Below are positions 3,416-5,983 of a stretch of DNA of 5,983 nt, in pieces; positions within the stretch are counted from its first letter, which is position 1, and each line of letters begins with the position of its first letter. Source of the DNA: Candidatus Omnitrophota bacterium (GTDB taxonomy: Bacteria > Omnitrophota > Gorgyraeia > Duberdicusellales > 4484-171); NCBI GenBank assembly GCA_021735045.1, contig JAIPHU010000026.1, forward strand, positions 1 through 5,983, given 5' to 3'. The notes beneath the pieces were generated by a model that had not been told where the DNA came from, ran no database searches, and was given only the letters and a program-made list of their open reading frames with translations. The position numbers and the translations under genes were made by a program.

Positions 3416-5983
3416 TTAACTACACAAGTTATAAAAAGGACAATATTGACATCTTCTTGAATCTTTATCTGGACTAAAGGGTACTTTGGGATCAAACATT
3501 TCATTTAATATAAATTTAAGGGCTCTCAGACAAGAGTCAAGCACTTTTTCTCTTCTTGGCCAATCAGCCAAAGATATAAAAGAAGTTCTTTTAGCTGTAC
3601 GGAGATTATAAACATAAGCATTAACTTTGTTTTCTTTAAATCTTTCCTGGATAAAATAGTAGTAAAGAGGTAGCTGAAACGATTTTATCTTTGTCCTTAT
3701 CTCCTGCCGGCAATAGTCCATCTTCTCGAGACTATTTAATTTTGCAGGGACCACATCCCTACCACCGGTTTTATAGTCTATAATTAAAAAACCGTCCTCC
3801 TTAGATAAGTCTATCCTGTCTACAATATATCTAAAACTTAACTCTATTTCATCTATTTTTAACTTATCGGTATATTCTTTTTCTAAAGCTTCAATCTTTA
3901 TAATATCTGAAGACCTTTCCTTTTCCTGTTCAAAAAACTTATCTAAACGCGCCTTTATGATCTCCTTGAGTAAAAAAGAGTCGGACTGCATCCTAGGAAC
4001 TATTTCCTTATCATATTTTTGATTAAAGACTTCTTTAAAGTAACTATTAAATTTTTGGTCAAATACTGGCTTTTTACCTAAAAACTTAGTATATAGCTCA
4101 AAAAGAAGCTGATGAATAAAAGTACCAATCTGTGAATCCTCTATCCCCTCGAGTAAATCTTTTTTTTCAGTTAAACCCAACACATACTTATAGTAAAACT
4201 GCAGGGGGCATTCTAAATAAGTATTAATTCTTGAAGCTGAATAGACAGAATTTTTCAAAAATTTTATAATTTGGGAATTCTTTTTGACTGGTTGGCTTGA
4301 TTTAGGAAAAGATAAGGCAAAAGAAAGTTGAGGTATAGAACCTAAATCAACTTTATTTTTTTCTTTTTGTTTCTGCCAAATTATATTTTCAATAAATCTA
4401 CTCTTTTCTAAAGTTTGATTTTTGGCCCAAATTAAAGATACATCTTTAGCAGATTCGATAAGGCGCATAAAATGATATCTTTGAATTTCTTCTTCCTTTG
4501 ATAAGGCCGGTAAGCCTAAACTCATCATCACCTCCGCAGGTATGAGTGGTTCGGTAATTTTTAGCTTAGGAATTACACCTTCATTTGCATCTAAAACTAT
4601 GACATTTTTAAATTGTAGGGCTCTGGTTTCAAACAAACCTAAAACCTGAGTTCCAGATAAAGGTGATCCAACAAAAGAGATCCGGTTTGATTCAACCCTT
4701 TGTTTAAAAATATCCCAAATCTGGCCAACTGCAAAAGTTTGATTTGAAAAAGATAAGGAACTAAAGTTTTCTCTAATTTTATAAAAAGCATCTAAGGCCT
4801 TTAGCTCCAGGGGAAATTTAGAAATCAACTGATGGGTTGACAGGCAATCAAGCACTAACTTAAGTTGGCTAGAAAATTTTTCAAAATTATCGGCCTTTTC
4901 CCAGCCACGAAAAAATAAATTATGAATTTGAGTAATTATTCTGCGGTAATCAGCTAAACTTAAATTATATCCCAATGAGTTAAGCGTTTTTTGATATTCT
5001 TTATAGATCTTCTGATCCTCTTCTATAGAATGAAGTGAAACAAAAATAGCCCCACCTACCGAGGAACTAAAAACTCCAGTTAGTGCTTCTTCTATTTTAT
5101 GAGCCAAAATCCGGGTTACCAAAGGATCTTCTACTATTAATATGTTTTTTATCAACGGGTGCTTTAATACCTTCAGATAATCTTTAGAATAATAGCTGTT
5201 ATTTTTACGGCTGTTGTGGGAATCAAATAGATAGCTAAAAAGAGCTGACAAGGATGTCTTGGCCAGCGGATAGCCTAATGATATATTAAAATCCTTAAGC
5301 TGGGGGCTTGCTTCCGAAAGTAAAGGAATTAAAGTCTCTGGATTAGGAAGCAAAATTAAAGTCTTGTCTTTTTCTTTTATATTTTTTAAGATTTCTTTAG
5401 CCAAACAAACTTGAGACTGGGTGTCAAAACCCTGATAAAAATTTATATTAGGTGAAACTGTTTCTTTTTTAGGTGGTTTTATCGGTTGTTTTAGTAGTTT
5501 AGAGTTTTTAGCTAAAACCGGCCATCTTTTATCTGAACCTTGAAAGATACAACTGCTTTTACCAGATTGATAAAGCTTAGTTACAACTTTACTTTCTGTT
5601 TTATAAAGATAAAAAAGATCACAGAAAAACACCTCATCAAATTCGGTTAAATTTTCTTTGTCTATTTTCTCGGCTGCATCTAGATAAACTAGGCCCCGAG
5701 AATATAAGTTATTTTTTCGCAAAAAACTATGATAATCCCTTCGAATTGAGACAATATTTTCCAAAAGACGATTTATCCCCTCAGGTATTTCATAACCAAT
5801 TGCCGCACTTTTTTCGACATCTAGCAAAGAAGCTCCTTCTATAGCCTCTAGATCAAGCTGATCAACAAAAGCAGCTATTTCTTTTGCCCAACTTAAAAAC
5901 TTAGAAAAGCTTACCTGTTCTTTTTCTAAAAAACTTAACTTATTCTTAGAGATCTGGTAGATAAGATAATAAAGTTCTAGATC
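3416..5983 (-). CDS. addB: AddB-like helicase-nuclease subunit with a PD-(D/E)XK nuclease domain and Fe-S cluster (5' end beyond the right window edge)
   Basis: The C-terminal nuclease domain carries GTFIHQLL, IVDRIDL, IIDYKTGG (D 3776..3778, K 3770..3772) and QLPLYYY. Four Cys are arranged as in the AddB iron-staple: ECPLQFYY (Cys at 4208..4210) plus CQYCPFYNLC (CxxCx5C, 3422..3451). The central region VLGLFETRALQFKNVIVLDANEGVIP resembles the AddB motif ...LEAR...VVLxGLNEGxWP. The track start at 5827 is a TTG. Manual translation shows the frame stays open to 5983 (DLELYYLIYQISKNKLSFLEKEQVSFSKFLSWAKEIAAFVDQLDLEAIEGAS-LLDVEK...), so the gene is truncated by the window and exceeds 855 aa. Confidence 0.8.
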   Translation of the reverse strand, partial: DLELYYLIYQISKNKLSFLEKEQVSFSKFLSWAKEIAAFVDQLDLEAIEGASLLDVEKSAAIGYEIPEGINRLLENIVSIRRDYHSFLRKNNLYSRGLVYLDAAEKIDKENLTEFDEVFFCDLFYLYKTESKVVTKLYQSGKSSCIFQGSDKRWPVLAKNSKLLKQPIKPPKKETVSPNINFYQGFDTQSQVCLAKEILKNIKEKDKTLILLPNPETLIPLLSEASPQLKDFNISLGYPLAKTSLSALFSYLFDSHNSRKNNSYYSKDYLKVLKHPLIKNILIVEDPLVTRILAHKIEEALTGVFSSSVGGAIFVSLHSIEEDQKIYKEYQKTLNSLGYNLSLADYRRIITQIHNLFFRGWEKADNFEKFSSQLKLVLDCLSTHQLISKFPLELKALDAFYKIRENFSSLSFSNQTFAVGQIWDIFKQRVESNRISFVGSPLSGTQVLGLFETRALQFKNVIVLDANEGVIPKLKITEPLIPAEVMMSLGLPALSKEEEIQRYHFMRLIESAKDVSLIWAKNQTLEKSRFIENIIWQKQKEKNKVDLGSIPQLSFALSFPKSSQPVKKNSQIIKFLKNSVYSASRINTYLECPLQFYYKYVLGLTEKKDLLEGIEDSQIGTFIHQLLFELYTKFLGKKPVFDQKFNSYFKEVFNQKYDKEIVPRMQSDSFLLKEIIKARLDKFFEQEKERSSDIIKIEALEKEYTDKLKIDEIELSFRYIVDRIDLSKEDGFLIIDYKTGGRDVVPAKLNSLEKMDYCRQEIRTKIKSFQLPLYYYFIQERFKENKVNAYVYNLRTAKRTSFISLADWPRREKVLDSCLRALKFILNEMFDPKVPFSPDKDSRRCQYCPFYNLCS

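Noticed and set aside
1-5983. Two nuclease-superfamily genes (addB-like, rmuC) flanking the cluster as a possible novel defence island
   Set aside because: Both have the standard housekeeping architectures: an iron-staple AddB C-terminus and a TM plus coiled-coil RmuC N-terminus. They are separated by four core-metabolism or tRNA-modification genes. There are no adjacent methylases, ATPases, toxins, integrases or repeats, and no compositional break.
1-5983. Alternative genetic code (for example UGA recoding, as in some CPR lineages)
   Set aside because: All five complete or partial ORFs translate full-length with conserved motifs under the standard bacterial code, and each ends in TAA at the expected place relative to homologues.
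1-5983. CRISPR arrays, inverted-repeat-bounded mobile elements, long direct repeats
   Set aside because: Reading both strands, I saw no regularly spaced repeats, no transposase or integrase-like ORFs, and no terminal inverted repeats. Non-coding space totals only about 100 nt.

Overview
By eye the window is AT-rich (about one-third G+C). It is almost fully covered by six co-directional minus-strand genes with very short gaps. In transcription order they are: an AddB-like PD-(D/E)XK / Fe-S 'iron-staple' nuclease subunit whose 5' end runs off the right edge, a short pyruvate kinase, a TtcA-type PP-loop tRNA thiolase, monofunctional CoaB, monofunctional CoaC, and the N-terminal part of an RmuC-family protein that runs off the left edge and is missing from the ORF track. 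All five visible stop codons are TAA. The proteins are Lys/Ile/Asn-rich and domain-minimal, which fits a streamlined genome of an uncultivated lineage (for example CPR/Patescibacteria-like), though taxonomy cannot be settled from this window. I see no CRISPR array, mobile element, tRNA/rRNA gene or long repeat. I found no convincing undescribed multi-gene system; this reads as a housekeeping operon. The points most worth a second look are: (1) the pyruvate kinase lacks the whole C-terminal regulatory domain, has a K+-independent-type cation-site signature and carries a Cys-containing insertion; (2) the AddB-like nuclease is not followed by an addA helicase gene; (3) coaB and coaC are split and in reversed order, separated by the only real intergenic region, a 75-nt GC-rich spacer with a near-consensus promoter abutting the coaC ATG, four G-runs and a predicted helix; (4) the hidden rmuC fragment.
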